Assembly: GCA_963811165.1 (NCBI GenBank)
Contig: CAWEQH010000004.1
Coordinates: forward strand, 128,001 to 192,000
Reading direction: 5' to 3'
Source of the DNA: an uncultured Nitrospiraceae bacterium
GTDB lineage: Bacteria; Nitrospirota; Thermodesulfovibrionia; Thermodesulfovibrionales; UBA6898
DNA length: 64,000 nt
Positions 41,163 to 51,184 of the stretch are shown piece after piece. The notes beneath the pieces were generated by a model that worked only from the letters and a program-made list of their open reading frames with translations, did no database searches and was not told the DNA's origin. Within the stretch, counting starts at the first letter, position 1; the number at the start of each line of letters is the position of its first letter. The translations under genes were made by a program, and so were the position numbers.

Positions 41163-42020
41163 ATGAGAAGGCTCGGCGTCCATACGTCCATAGCGGGAGG
41201 GCTTCACCTGAGTTTGGAAAGGGCGAGGGAACTCGGGTGCGATACGGTGCAGATCTTTTCTCATAATCCCCGCGGGTGGGCGCTCCCGTCAAGAGGAGCG
41301 GACGAAATTGCCCTGTTTAAAAAGCTGGCTGCAACATACTTGATTGCGCCGGTCTTCATCCATACGTCTTATTTGATCAACCTTGCATCTGCGGACCGGG
41401 AACTGCTCAAGAGATCTATGGACATGGTAATCGAGGAATTGAATATAGCCGATTCCATAGGCGCTGAGTTCGTTGTGCTGCACTCGGGAAGCGCCTCTGG
41501 TGATGATCCGAAGACCTCCAGAAAAAGGGCAGCTGTACTTCTTGGGGAGGTCTCAAAAAGACACAGGTGGCGGGCTGCCCTTCTCCTCGAAAACACCGCG
41601 GGAGAACGCGGTGATATAGCTTCTAAGATCGAAGAGATATCGGAAATACTTGAGGACGTGCCCGCCGGTCTTATCGGGGGCATTTGTCTTGATACCTGCC
41701 ATGCCTTTGCGTCGGGCTATTGCCTTACATCAGAGGACGGGGTCGATTCGCTTGCCGGTGACATTCGCAAATACATAGGGAGGGACGCTATCAAACTCCT
41801 TCATCTGAATGATTCAAAAGGGGGCATCTCTTCCGGCACCGACAGGCATGAGCATATCGGGAAGGGGAAAATAGGTCTCCAGGGCTTCGGGAACCTCCTC
41901 AAGCATCCTTACTATGCCGATATCCCGCTTATCCTTGAAACGCCAAAGAAATCAAAGGTCGACGACATCATTAATTTGCGGGTTGTGAAAAAGCTTCTCG
42001 GGGCGGCTTCTTTAAGGTAA
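41163..42020 (+). CDS. nfo: Endonuclease IV
   Basis: GVHTS, HTSYLINL, LLENTAG, CLDTCH, HLNDSK, DRHEHIG and ILETP motifs. Confidence 0.94.
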   Translation: MRRLGVHTSIAGGLHLSLERARELGCDTVQIFSHNPRGWALPSRGADEIALFKKLAATYLIAPVFIHTSYLINLASADRELLKRSMDMVIEELNIADSIGAEFVVLHSGSASGDDPKTSRKRAAVLLGEVSKRHRWRAALLLENTAGERGDIASKIEEISEILEDVPAGLIGGICLDTCHAFASGYCLTSEDGVDSLAGDIRKYIGRDAIKLLHLNDSKGGISSGTDRHEHIGKGKIGLQGFGNLLKHPYYADIPLILETPKKSKVDDIINLRVVKKLLGAASLR

Positions 42021-42380
42021 TAAATAATAGCCGGCGTTCTTTTCAGCTACAGACGCGGATTTCATACTCGATCTCCGCGCCCCCCGGCACCTTATTGGGC
42101 AGCTATTATTTCAATAAAATCTTCGATAAAACCAATCTTGCTGGACAAGGTGGACTTTATTGATCGGTCGATCCATTCTTGTCAATGATCGTTTATGTTA
42201 TGAAACGATTGTATCCTTCGGCAGTTCGATCCTTCAGGATAGGTATTCATTGGTATATTGAATACGATTCATCTGTATCAAAGATTCAAATGTCTGTATC
42301 ACTTTTTTCATTGGGTGTTATTAAGAAAGAATGCTTTGTATTCTTATGTGATAAAAATGTATTTAAACTGCATTTTGTTG

Positions 42381-42418
42381 TTGACAAACGCAATTTAGTT
42401 GTTGTATAAATATATACA
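42381..42418 (+). promoter_or_regulatory. Sigma70 promoter overlapped by an inverted repeat (possible autorepressor operator)
   Basis: TTGACA-18 nt-TATAAA; TGTATA-aata-TATACA at 42403-42418; ATG at 42421. Confidence 0.55.
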
Positions 42419-42420
42419 GA

Positions 42421-42987
42421 ATGTCGAAACAAGCACGAGATACACTAAAAAGTTTATTCTCCTCGGCAATCAGGGCTGATCTTCTGGCGCTTCTTCTGAA
42501 CAATCCTGAAGAAAGATTTTATGTAAGGGAAATCGCGACACTCTTAAGAAAGAACCCGTCAGGCGTAAAAAGAGAGCTCGATAATCTCGAAAAAATGGGT
42601 ATACTTTCCAGTAAAAAAGTTGCCAACCTCAAATACTTCCAGGCTGAAAAGAAATCACCCCTTTTCTCTGAGTTGAAGAGTCTTATCGCGAAATCGCTGG
42701 GCGCTTCAGGGGCACTGAAGGCCGCGCTGAAAAATTCCGGATCGAAGATCGCTTTTATTTTTGGTCCCTACACGGAAAGTGAAGATACAGCGACGGTGGA
42801 TTTATTTATAGTCGGTTCCCCGTCATTAAGCGGCGAGGTGCTTAAGGACATCGAGGAAAAATTCGGGAAAAAAATCAACACAACGATAATGGATGAAAGC
42901 GAGTTCAGGGACAAAAAAGACAGCGGAGATCCCGAACTGGAAAAGCTCCTGTCTGGTGATAAAATAGTGCTGGCAGGGAAGCTTTAA
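42421..42987 (+). CDS. Winged-helix plus degenerate nucleotidyltransferase-fold protein
   Basis: FYVREIA...GVKRELDNLEKMGIL wHTH; AFIFGPY...VDLFIVG NTase-like segment. Confidence 0.8.
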   Translation: MSKQARDTLKSLFSSAIRADLLALLLNNPEERFYVREIATLLRKNPSGVKRELDNLEKMGILSSKKVANLKYFQAEKKSPLFSELKSLIAKSLGASGALKAALKNSGSKIAFIFGPYTESEDTATVDLFIVGSPSLSGEVLKDIEEKFGKKINTTIMDESEFRDKKDSGDPELEKLLSGDKIVLAGKL

Positions 42988-43031
42988 CTTAATTTTCCCC
43001 GTTTTTCGGGGATAGAAAGGTGGTGAAGAAC

Positions 43032-43115
43032 ATGGCAGTTAAGAAAGCAGCAGCAAAGAAGCCGGCAGCAAAGAAGGCAGCTCCGAAGAAAGCCGCCCCT
43101 AAGAAAAAGAAATAA
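43032..43115 (+). CDS. 27-aa histone H1-like Lys/Ala/Pro microprotein, not in ORF track
   Basis: MAVKKAAAKKPAAKKAAPKKAAPKKKK; AAGGTGGTG RBS; terminator follows. Confidence 0.75.
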   Translation: MAVKKAAAKKPAAKKAAPKKAAPKKKK

Positions 43116-43137
43116 GTTAAAGGAAAAAAATTACTCT

Positions 43138-43174
43138 GGGCTGGGGAACCCTAATTCTCCAGCCCCTTTTTTTT
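43138..43174 (+). terminator. Intrinsic terminator
   Basis: GGGCTGGGGAA/TTCTCCAGCCC stem plus T8. Confidence 0.8.
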
Positions 43175-43240
43175 GATATCTTAGCATAGAAAAAGGGGAA
43201 ATGGGAACTTTTTTTGTGAAATTCTGTAACTGCCGGAAAT

Positions 43241-44128
43241 TTAAGTATTAATCTGCAAAAGGGGACTAACTCTCACCGGTTCTTCCAATATGAGATCCCA
43301 TGCCTCGGGAAAAGCGAGAAGTTTTTTAAGAAATTTTATATTGGTGGAATGCCCTGATTTGTTTGCTATGATATGGCCGTAAATAGGGAACCCAAGAATA
43401 GCTAAATCTCCAATAGAATCAAGGACTTTATGGCGTACAAATTCATCTTTGAACCGCAGTCCCGAAGAGTTCAGCACTCCTTTTTCTCCCAGGATAATTG
43501 CGTTTTCGAGGGATCCGCCCTTGGCAAGACCATTCGTCCTGAGATATTCTATGTCTTTCAGAAAGCCGAAGGTCCTTGCCGGGGCGATTTCCCTGGCGAA
43601 AGTCTCTTCATTGATTTCGATGCTCAGCCGCTGTTCACCAAACCCGTAGTGATTGAAAAATATACTGTAGGTAATACGACTGCCTTCGTAAGGAAGCGCT
43701 GCCACTTTTGAATTGCCGTCGTCGAATATTATCGGCCTCTTTATCCGCAAATAGGGCATTTTTTTGCCCTGTTTTGCGATGCCCGCGCTCAGTATAATGT
43801 TTATCAATTGCGTTGAACTGCCGTCAAGTATGGGGATCTCGGGACCGTCGACATCCACCATGATATTATCTATCCCGAGTCCGGCGAGCGCGGCCATGAT
43901 GTGTTCTACCGTTCTGATCTTTGCGCCGTCCCGACCTATAGTAGTAGCAAAGGCCGTATCGATTACCGAGCCGACATGCGCCTTTATAAGCGTGTTTTTG
44001 TCGCTTCTCATAAAGGCAATACCCGAGTCCCTTGATGCGGGTTTGAGCGTAACTCTGGCATGCCTTCCGGTATGGAGGCCAATACCTTCAAATGAGACTT
44101 CGCTTTTTATGGTTCTTTGTGAGCGCAT
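43241..44128 (-). CDS. lpxC: UDP-3-O-acyl-N-acetylglucosamine deacetylase
   Basis: GIGLHTG, TVEH, PILDGSS, ARTFGF, RHKVLDSIGDL and GH motifs. Confidence 0.96.
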   Translation of the reverse strand: MRSQRTIKSEVSFEGIGLHTGRHARVTLKPASRDSGIAFMRSDKNTLIKAHVGSVIDTAFATTIGRDGAKIRTVEHIMAALAGLGIDNIMVDVDGPEIPILDGSSTQLINIILSAGIAKQGKKMPYLRIKRPIIFDDGNSKVAALPYEGSRITYSIFFNHYGFGEQRLSIEINEETFAREIAPARTFGFLKDIEYLRTNGLAKGGSLENAIILGEKGVLNSSGLRFKDEFVRHKVLDSIGDLAILGFPIYGHIIANKSGHSTNIKFLKKLLAFPEAWDLILEEPVRVSPLLQINT

Positions 44129-44149
44129 AATAATCAGGAATATTAAATA

Positions 44150-44166
44150 AGCAAAATAGATGCCAA
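44150..44166 (-). promoter_or_regulatory. Sigma54 (-24/-12) promoter upstream of lpxC
   Basis: Minus strand TTGGCATCTATTTTGCT matches TGGCA-N6-TTGC. Confidence 0.7.
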
Positions 44167-44339
44167 ATGCAATTGCTGTTAATTCAAAGACCCGCATCAA
44201 TGGTAGTGTTGATAAATAACCTCACTTGTGCAGCCCTCGACACAGTCCAATAGGTAAAAAACGGCTGGTAATTAATGAAAAAGGACCCAATCTTGATGCC
44301 GGATATTGGACCTGGACGGCCGTTGTTCGTTCTGAGTTG

Positions 44340-45725
44340 TCAATCATAAGTGCCGCCGACAACGATCTCCGGTATCCTTACTGTAGGCATTGCGTCCGAT
44401 ACAGGAACCCCCTGAGCGTCTTTGCCGCACGTTCCTATCGAAAACCCCAGGTCATCGCCGACCATATCTATCGACTGAAGGACCCTGGGGCCGTTGCCTG
44501 TCAACGTCGCCCCTCTCACCGGTTCCCCTTTTTTTCCGTTTTTGATTACATATCCTTCCTGAACTTCGAAGACGAAGTCGCCTGTTACGGTATTTACCTG
44601 TCCACCTCCCATTTTTTCCACGAGGAGGCCCTTATCGAGCGAGTTCAGTATCTTATCGGGGTGCATGCTCCCTTGGGCGATAAAGGTATTTGTCATCCTT
44701 GGAATCGGGCGGTGGCGGTACGATTCACGTCTCCCATTTCCTGTTGAAATTGTCTTATCTTTCATTGAAGTAAGTTTGTCGTACAGATAGCTCCGCAGGA
44801 CACCTTTTTCCACGAGAACGGTCCTTTGAGACGGTGTCCCTTCATCGTCGAACCTGAAAGAGCCTCTCTTGCCCGGAAGGGTCGCATCGTCCATCACGGT
44901 GATAAGTGGGGAAGCCACCTGCGTCCCGATTTTTCCGGAAAATACCGAGAGACCCTGCTGGGCAAGGTCGGCCTCGAGTCCGTGCCCAATCGCCTCGTGT
45001 ATCATCGTGCCGCCTGCTCGCGATGAAATAATAACGGGCATCCTGCCGCCCTGGGTTTTTCTTGCCGACAGCATCATCACCGCCCGTTTTGCGGCCCTGA
45101 GGCTCACCTCTTCGATAGTATTCTCTTCGAAGATCTCAAAGCCGACGAATCCCCCGACCGGTTCAATGCCTGACTGGATGATGCCGTCATCTACCGCGAT
45201 GACCTGGACGACCGCCGTAGTATACACCCTGTCGTCCTCAGTGAATGAACCCTCGGACGTTGCAACCCGGACTTTCTGCACCGAATCCCTGTACGTGACC
45301 GTCACCTGTTTTATCCTGCGGTCGAACTTCCTGGCCGTTTCATCAGCTTTTCTCACGAGCGCTATTTTCACGCCAACGGCAATGTCCGCAGGCAATAATT
45401 TTATATCAAAAGCCACCGACGGTCTTCTCACCTCTAGGTCGATAGGCCTCTCAAAGGAGCCTTCTCCTGCCGCCTTACTTGTCTTGAACGCGGCCTCCAG
45501 CAACGCTTTTTCCGAAAGGTCATTACTGTAAGCATAGGCGGTCCTCCCCTTATATATCAGGCGCAGGCCCATGCCCGTTTCAGTCCCGGTCACCACTTTT
45601 TCGAGTTTCCCGTCTTCAAGCACAAGAGACGTCTGCTCCCGCTGTTCGAAAAAGGCATCGGCGTATTCTCCGCCGCGGGAAAGGGTTTTCCCGATCAGTT
45701 TCGATTGGAGTTCTTTATCGATCAA
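44340..45725 (-). CDS. tldD: TldD metalloprotease
   Basis: HEAIGHGLEAD, DDEG, TGNGRRES, PRMTNT and CGK motifs. Confidence 0.93.
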   Translation of the reverse strand: MIDKELQSKLIGKTLSRGGEYADAFFEQREQTSLVLEDGKLEKVVTGTETGMGLRLIYKGRTAYAYSNDLSEKALLEAAFKTSKAAGEGSFERPIDLEVRRPSVAFDIKLLPADIAVGVKIALVRKADETARKFDRRIKQVTVTYRDSVQKVRVATSEGSFTEDDRVYTTAVVQVIAVDDGIIQSGIEPVGGFVGFEIFEENTIEEVSLRAAKRAVMMLSARKTQGGRMPVIISSRAGGTMIHEAIGHGLEADLAQQGLSVFSGKIGTQVASPLITVMDDATLPGKRGSFRFDDEGTPSQRTVLVEKGVLRSYLYDKLTSMKDKTISTGNGRRESYRHRPIPRMTNTFIAQGSMHPDKILNSLDKGLLVEKMGGGQVNTVTGDFVFEVQEGYVIKNGKKGEPVRGATLTGNGPRVLQSIDMVGDDLGFSIGTCGKDAQGVPVSDAMPTVRIPEIVVGGTYD

Positions 45726-45845
45726 ATCCGCTCCTCTCGGCCAATTAGAAAATATTTTGCAATCCCATCGTCGAAAATATGAGACAAATTATTATACACT
45801 ATTACCCTGACTATGAAGCCCAGACAGCCTAAAAAAGGAGATCGT

Positions 45846-46631
45846 ATGCCGATAATTGGAGTGATAGGAGGTAGCGGACTGTATGATATTCCGGGAATGG
45901 AGATAAAAGATTCCGTGAAGATCAGTACGCCTTACGGTGAGCCTTCGGACCTGTACAGGACCGGGAGATGGTCGGGTAGGGATGCGGTCTTTCTCCCCAG
46001 GCATGGTTCGATGCACCACATCCAGCCGCACAAAGTGAACTACAGGGCCAATATTTGGGGGTTTAGGGAACTGGGGGTCGAGAAAATTATTTCCGTATGC
46101 TCCTCAGGCGGAATTACCCCGGCGATGAAACCCGGGATGATTGCGGTGCCGGAGCAGATAATCGATATGACACACGGCCGGATGTCGACGTTCTATGACG
46201 AAGATGAAGTAGTGCATGTGGATTTCACCGAGCCTTTCTGCCCTGATATGAGAACGTATGTTTCCGACGCCGCCGCGGCGGCCGGAGTGGCAGTGATCAA
46301 CTCCGGAGCGTATGTCTGCACGAACGGCCCCAGGCTTGAGACCGCCTCGGAGATAAGGACTTTTTCGAAGTGGGGGGCAGATATGGTCGGCATGACGCTT
46401 ATGCCCGAGGCCGTGCTTGCGCGGGAGCTTGAAATATGTTTTACTTGTATTGCGGTGATCACTAACTTTGCTGCGGGGATAGCGGCCAAGAAACTTACGA
46501 CGAAAGAGGTCCTTTCAACTATGCACTCCTCCTCGGAAAGCCTGCGCTCGGTCCTGCAGGCCCTCTTTTCCCTCAGGATGGGACCTTCCTCCTGCGGGTG
46601 TAAACATACTCTGAAAGAAGCAAGAATGTAA
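45846..46631 (+). CDS. mtnP: S-methyl-5'-thioadenosine/thioinosine phosphorylase
   Basis: IGGSG, TPYGEPS, PRHG, NYRANI, GPRLET and GMT motifs. Confidence 0.88.
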   Translation: MPIIGVIGGSGLYDIPGMEIKDSVKISTPYGEPSDLYRTGRWSGRDAVFLPRHGSMHHIQPHKVNYRANIWGFRELGVEKIISVCSSGGITPAMKPGMIAVPEQIIDMTHGRMSTFYDEDEVVHVDFTEPFCPDMRTYVSDAAAAAGVAVINSGAYVCTNGPRLETASEIRTFSKWGADMVGMTLMPEAVLARELEICFTCIAVITNFAAGIAAKKLTTKEVLSTMHSSSESLRSVLQALFSLRMGPSSCGCKHTLKEARM

Positions 46632-46635
46632 ATCC

Positions 46636-48006
46636 ATGCAGACGATCCTCCTGGTCGAAGACAAAGATTCGATGGCGCAGATGCTGAAAGAAACACTTGA
46701 GTCCGCCGGATACGGGACTGTTGTGGCCAGAGACGGACTTGAAGGCATTCGCATACTGAAAGAGGGCCATTTCGACCTTGTCCTTTCCGATCTGAAACTT
46801 CCCAAAAAGGACGGGATCGAAGTTCTCAAGGCCTCTAAAGCTGAGAATCAGCTTACGCCGGTTATCGTGATGACGGCCTTCGGCACTGTGGAGAACGCGG
46901 TTGCCGCCATGAAGGAAGGGGCTTTTGACTTCATTACTAAACCCTTTGATACCGACCACCTGCTTTTGCTGATCGGAAGGGCGCTTGAGACGCAGAGACT
47001 GCTTACCGAGAACATACTCCTCAAGGACGAACTGGCCGCTAAATTCGGGACCCCGAAAATCATCGGCAAGAGCAGCGGCATTGTCGAGGTCGCTCAAAAC
47101 GTCCGGAAGGTGGCCCAGGGGAAAACAACGGTTCTCCTTCTTGGTGAAAGCGGCACGGGGAAAGAGCTCTTTGCACGGGCGATTCACAACCTCAGCCCGA
47201 GGGGGAAGTATCCCTTCGTACCCATCAATTGCGCTGCAATTCCGAAGGAGCTTCTCGAGAGCGAACTTTTCGGACATGAAAAAGGGGCATTTACCGGAGC
47301 CGAGGCCAAGAAGATCGGCAAGTTCGAGCTTGCCGATAAGGGCACAATATTCCTCGACGAGATAGCCGACATGGAATTGTCGCTTCAGACAAAGCTATTG
47401 AGAGTGATACAGGAAGGCGAGATAGAGAGGGTGGGCGGCGTCAAGTCCGTCATCATTGATGTAAGGATAGTGGCGGCAAGCAACCGAAATATCGAAAGGG
47501 CGGTCGAGGACGGGACATTCAGAGAAGATCTCTATTACCGGCTGAACGTCTTCCCCATAGTGATACCGCCTCTTAGGGACCGGACAGACGATATCCCGCT
47601 TCTATCGGAATATTTTATCATTAAGTACAGTACGGAACTCAAAACTTCTTTAAAGAAAATGTCGAAAGAGGCGACGGAAATGTTAATGGGTTATCCCTGG
47701 AAGGGGAATGTGAGGGAACTCGAAAATTGCATCGAGAGGGCCATCATTCTCTGCGACGGAGATACGATCCTGCCTGAGCACATGGCGCTCAACCAGAAAC
47801 TCTCCCTCGAACACTCGCTCAAAAACCTGCCGGCGGAGGGGCCCCTGGAGAATACTGCAAGAGAGGCCACGAGGATCGTGGAGACACAAAGGATAGTCCG
47901 CGCCCTTAAAGAGACGAGGGGGAACAAAAGCAAGGCTTCCGAACTGCTTCAGGTAAGCTATAAGACACTTCTGACAAAGATAAAGGAATACGGCATCGAA
48001 TCATAA
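46636..48006 (+). CDS. Sigma54-dependent NtrC-family response regulator
   Basis: Receiver domain, [14 protein letters not shown] and Fis-type HTH. Confidence 0.95.
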   Translation: MQTILLVEDKDSMAQMLKETLESAGYGTVVARDGLEGIRILKEGHFDLVLSDLKLPKKDGIEVLKASKAENQLTPVIVMTAFGTVENAVAAMKEGAFDFITKPFDTDHLLLLIGRALETQRLLTENILLKDELAAKFGTPKIIGKSSGIVEVAQNVRKVAQGKTTVLLLGESGTGKELFARAIHNLSPRGKYPFVPINCAAIPKELLESELFGHEKGAFTGAEAKKIGKFELADKGTIFLDEIADMELSLQTKLLRVIQEGEIERVGGVKSVIIDVRIVAASNRNIERAVEDGTFREDLYYRLNVFPIVIPPLRDRTDDIPLLSEYFIIKYSTELKTSLKKMSKEATEMLMGYPWKGNVRELENCIERAIILCDGDTILPEHMALNQKLSLEHSLKNLPAEGPLENTAREATRIVETQRIVRALKETRGNKSKASELLQVSYKTLLTKIKEYGIES

Positions 48007-48255
48007 AGGCCCGTAGGGATCTGCGGTGGACTGTGCGAGAATGTATAGTCACAGATCGATTTCCCGGTCCCAAGGTGTTCAAAACGTATATATTCGGCCG
48101 GCCTCTCCTTGACAGTATTAAGTTCCTGGAATTAATATAAAAAAGACGGTAAATTCCTTTCTCTATTCCTCGATTTTCAGGGAAGGTTGGGTTTTCGTAA
48201 CAGAGGCTGATGAGAAAAGGCAGGACGAAAGACAAAAATTGCTCAGGAGGTTTTC

Positions 48256-49011
48256 GTGTCAGGACATTCCAAGTGGTCTCAGATAAAACATAAGAAAGGT
48301 CATACGGACGCAAAGAGGGGAAAAATATTTACAAAAATAGTGAAAGAGATCTCTATTGCGGCGAGACTGGGCGGCGGCGACCCCAACGGTAACCCCAGAC
48401 TTCGCACCGCGATTGAAAAGGCCAAAGAAGTGAACATGCCTCACGATAACGTGAAAAAGGCGATCATGAAGGGCACAGGTGAACTCCCTGGCGTCGCCTA
48501 TGAAGAATATGTGTATGAGGGGTACGGACCGGCTGGAGTTGCACTGATGATCGAGGTCATGACCGACAATAAAAACAGGACATTGCCCGAGATCAGGCAC
48601 GTATTGGCAAAGACCGGCGGCAGCCTTGGGGAGACGGGATGCGTGTCGTGGATGTTCGATAAAAAGGGATACATATTGGTCGGTAAGTCGAAGTCATCGG
48701 AGGATACGGTGATGTCGATCGCGCTGGATGCGGGCGCCGAGGACATGAAAAACGACCCCAACGAGGAGAACTATGAGATCATTACGGCGCCGGAGGATTT
48801 CACAAAGGTAAAGGAGGCGCTTGAAAAAGCCAACATACCGATCTCTTCAGCCGAGGTGTCGATGCTGCCCAAGAATTATGTCGTGCTGGATGAAAAGGCC
48901 GCCGAACAGATGGTGAGGCTCATGGACGGCCTTGAAGACAATGATGATGTCCAGAATGTATACGCGAACTTTGATATCCCCGACGAGGTTGCCGAAAAGG
49001 CGGGGGCATAA
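48256..49011 (+). CDS. yebC: YebC/PmpR family protein
   Basis: SGHSKW, YEGYGP, TDNKNRT and DDVQNVY motifs. Confidence 0.95.
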   Translation: MSGHSKWSQIKHKKGHTDAKRGKIFTKIVKEISIAARLGGGDPNGNPRLRTAIEKAKEVNMPHDNVKKAIMKGTGELPGVAYEEYVYEGYGPAGVALMIEVMTDNKNRTLPEIRHVLAKTGGSLGETGCVSWMFDKKGYILVGKSKSSEDTVMSIALDAGAEDMKNDPNEENYEIITAPEDFTKVKEALEKANIPISSAEVSMLPKNYVVLDEKAAEQMVRLMDGLEDNDDVQNVYANFDIPDEVAEKAGA

Positions 49012-49103
49012 CGGCTTCCAACCGGTGTCTTATCCATGCAAAATCAAATGGGCCATCGTACAAAGGACATTGCAATAATAACCTTGGCGATTTATCATAA
49101 AAA

Positions 49104-49724
49104 ATGAGCGGTCCTTTCTTTAGTATCTTCAAGAGAAAGTTTATCACGGGTTTGTTTGTTTCGATACCCGCGGTGATTACCATTTTGATCATAGGAAAAT
49201 TCATCTCTTTCGTCGACAGTCTCCTTGAACCCATTTATTACAGTATCCTCGGGTATCACACCCAGGGCCTGGGTTTCATTTCGGCGATAATAATTGTTTT
49301 TGTGATCGGCATACTCTCGACGAACGTATTTGGGAAGAGGATCATCAATTTCTTTGAACAGATATTTATCAATATTCCTGTTTTTAAAGGCTTCTATACT
49401 GCGGTAAAACACCTCGTCGATGCATTTTCACCTGATAACAAATCTGTTTCTTTCAAAAAGTTCGTCATTATTGAATATCCAAGGCCCGGCCTGTTTGCCT
49501 TCGGCTTTCTCACGAAAGAATGCACGGTTAAATCCTCAAAAGACGGAACGGAGTCCCGTTTCAGGGCCATTTATGTTCCCACAAATAACCTTTATCTCGG
49601 TGAAATCGTGCTTGCCAGTGAAGGGGACGTGTATTACACTGATATCCCTATCGAGGAGGGAATAAAAATAATCCTCTCGGGGGGGATCGCCGCACCCAAT
49701 GTAATACGGGAAACAGAGAGATGA
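49104..49724 (+). CDS. DUF502 family membrane protein
   Basis: FITGL, IEYPR.G, YVPT and ILSGG motifs. Confidence 0.85.
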   Translation: MSGPFFSIFKRKFITGLFVSIPAVITILIIGKFISFVDSLLEPIYYSILGYHTQGLGFISAIIIVFVIGILSTNVFGKRIINFFEQIFINIPVFKGFYTAVKHLVDAFSPDNKSVSFKKFVIIEYPRPGLFAFGFLTKECTVKSSKDGTESRFRAIYVPTNNLYLGEIVLASEGDVYYTDIPIEEGIKIILSGGIAAPNVIRETER

Positions 49725-51127
49725 AGACCGCATGTATAATCCTCGCCGCAGGGCTGGGGAAGAGGATGGGTTCTCCGCTGCCGAAGGTGCTGCACCGGAT
49801 ATGCGGGACCACCATGCTTGAGAGTGTCCTCTCCTCTGTGCGAAAACTCCGGCCCGACAGGACCATCATAGTCGCGGGCAGGCATATTGAGGCAATAAAG
49901 GAGACCTTGGGAAACGAGGGCCTTTCCTACGTCCTGCAGAAAGAGGCAAAGGGCACAGGCCACGCTGTGTTGTGCGCCAGGGCGGCATTGAAAGCCTTTA
50001 GGGGAACGGTGGTCGTCTTAAACGGCGATACGCCCCTTTTGGACTGTGAAACGATAAAAAAGTTTTTAAGGATGCACAGGAGAGACGGAAACACTCTTTC
50101 GGTGCTTTCTTTTACGGCCAAGGACCCGACGGATTACGGAAGGATCCTCAGGGACGGTTCCGGAGAGGTATCGGCGATCATCGAGGAGAAGGACGCCAGT
50201 CCGTCTCAGAAGGGAATACGCGAGATAAACAGCGGTGTCTACGCCATTAATAATGAAGCGCTTCCCCTTCTTGACGTGATCAGGATGAACAGGGCCAAGG
50301 GTGAATACTATCTTACCGATATCGTCTCTGAGGCGGCGAAGCGCGGGGTAAAGACATCCGCCTACTGCATCGGCACCGAGGAAGAATTTATGGGAGTCAA
50401 CACAAGGGAGGAACTTGGCAGGGCATCACTTCTTATGAGGAAGCGCATAGTAAAGAAATGGTCCGAAAGAGGGGTGATTTTTCTCGATGCCGATTCGGCG
50501 TTTGTCCATGCCGGTGTCTCGATAGGGAAAGATGCGACAATCTACCCGAATGTGTATCTCGAAGGGAATACAAAGGTAGGGCGGGAAGCTACGATATTCC
50601 CCAACGTCCGGATCGTCGACGCCGAGATCGGGGCGGGGGCCGTCATCAAAGACTCGACGGTCATCGAGGATTCGAAGGTGAAAAACGGAGCATCAGTGGG
50701 CCCCTTTGCCCATCTGAGGCCCGGTTCTGAGGTGGGTGCCGGAGCAAGGGTTGGAAATTTTGTAGAGTTGAAGAAGGCGGTCATGGGCAAGGGAAGCAAG
50801 GCCTCCCACCTGAGCTATCTCGGCGATGCTCACATCGGAAAAGGCGTAAACATAGGGGCCGGGACGATTACCTGCAATTACGACGGGACGAAGAAACACA
50901 GGACGGTCCTGGGCGACGCTGTTTTTGTCGGCAGCGATACGCAGTTCATTGCGCCGGTGAAGGTCGGCAAAGGCGCTTATATAGGGGCCGGTTCGACGAT
51001 CACCACGGACGTCCCTGCGGGTGCCCTTGCGGTAAGCAGGACAAAGCAGAAGAACATACGCGGCTGGGCGGACAGAAGACGCCAGGAAACGCAAGGCGGG
51101 AGAAAGAAGGCTCCGATACAAAAATGA
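49721..51127 (+). CDS. glmU: Bifunctional GlcNAc-1-P uridyltransferase/acetyltransferase
   Basis: LAAGLGKRM, GTGHAV, EYYLTD, hexapeptide repeats and CNYDG. Confidence 0.96.
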   Translation: MKTACIILAAGLGKRMGSPLPKVLHRICGTTMLESVLSSVRKLRPDRTIIVAGRHIEAIKETLGNEGLSYVLQKEAKGTGHAVLCARAALKAFRGTVVVLNGDTPLLDCETIKKFLRMHRRDGNTLSVLSFTAKDPTDYGRILRDGSGEVSAIIEEKDASPSQKGIREINSGVYAINNEALPLLDVIRMNRAKGEYYLTDIVSEAAKRGVKTSAYCIGTEEEFMGVNTREELGRASLLMRKRIVKKWSERGVIFLDADSAFVHAGVSIGKDATIYPNVYLEGNTKVGREATIFPNVRIVDAEIGAGAVIKDSTVIEDSKVKNGASVGPFAHLRPGSEVGAGARVGNFVELKKAVMGKGSKASHLSYLGDAHIGKGVNIGAGTITCNYDGTKKHRTVLGDAVFVGSDTQFIAPVKVGKGAYIGAGSTITTDVPAGALAVSRTKQKNIRGWADRRRQETQGGRKKAPIQK

Positions 51128-51184
51128 AAAGGGAATTTTGCGTGGACTTATTCCCCATACTGTCTCACGGATTACGGTGGTAGC

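Noticed and set aside
40568..41191. Long N-terminal extension of the 343-aa minus-strand ORF
   Set aside because: Antisense to the DUF1858 and microprotein genes; the RBS-supported start is at 40567
42179..42409. 76-aa ORF and short tctgtatca repeats in an AT-rich spacer
   Set aside because: No RBS or motif; repeats too short and irregular for an array or origin
48205..48235. CTGATGA...CGAAA hammerhead-like core upstream of yebC
   Set aside because: Stem II cannot pair internally, and there is no matching stem III with an NUH site
51128..51184. glmS ribozyme
   Set aside because: The spacer is only ~57 nt and lacks the AGCGCC core
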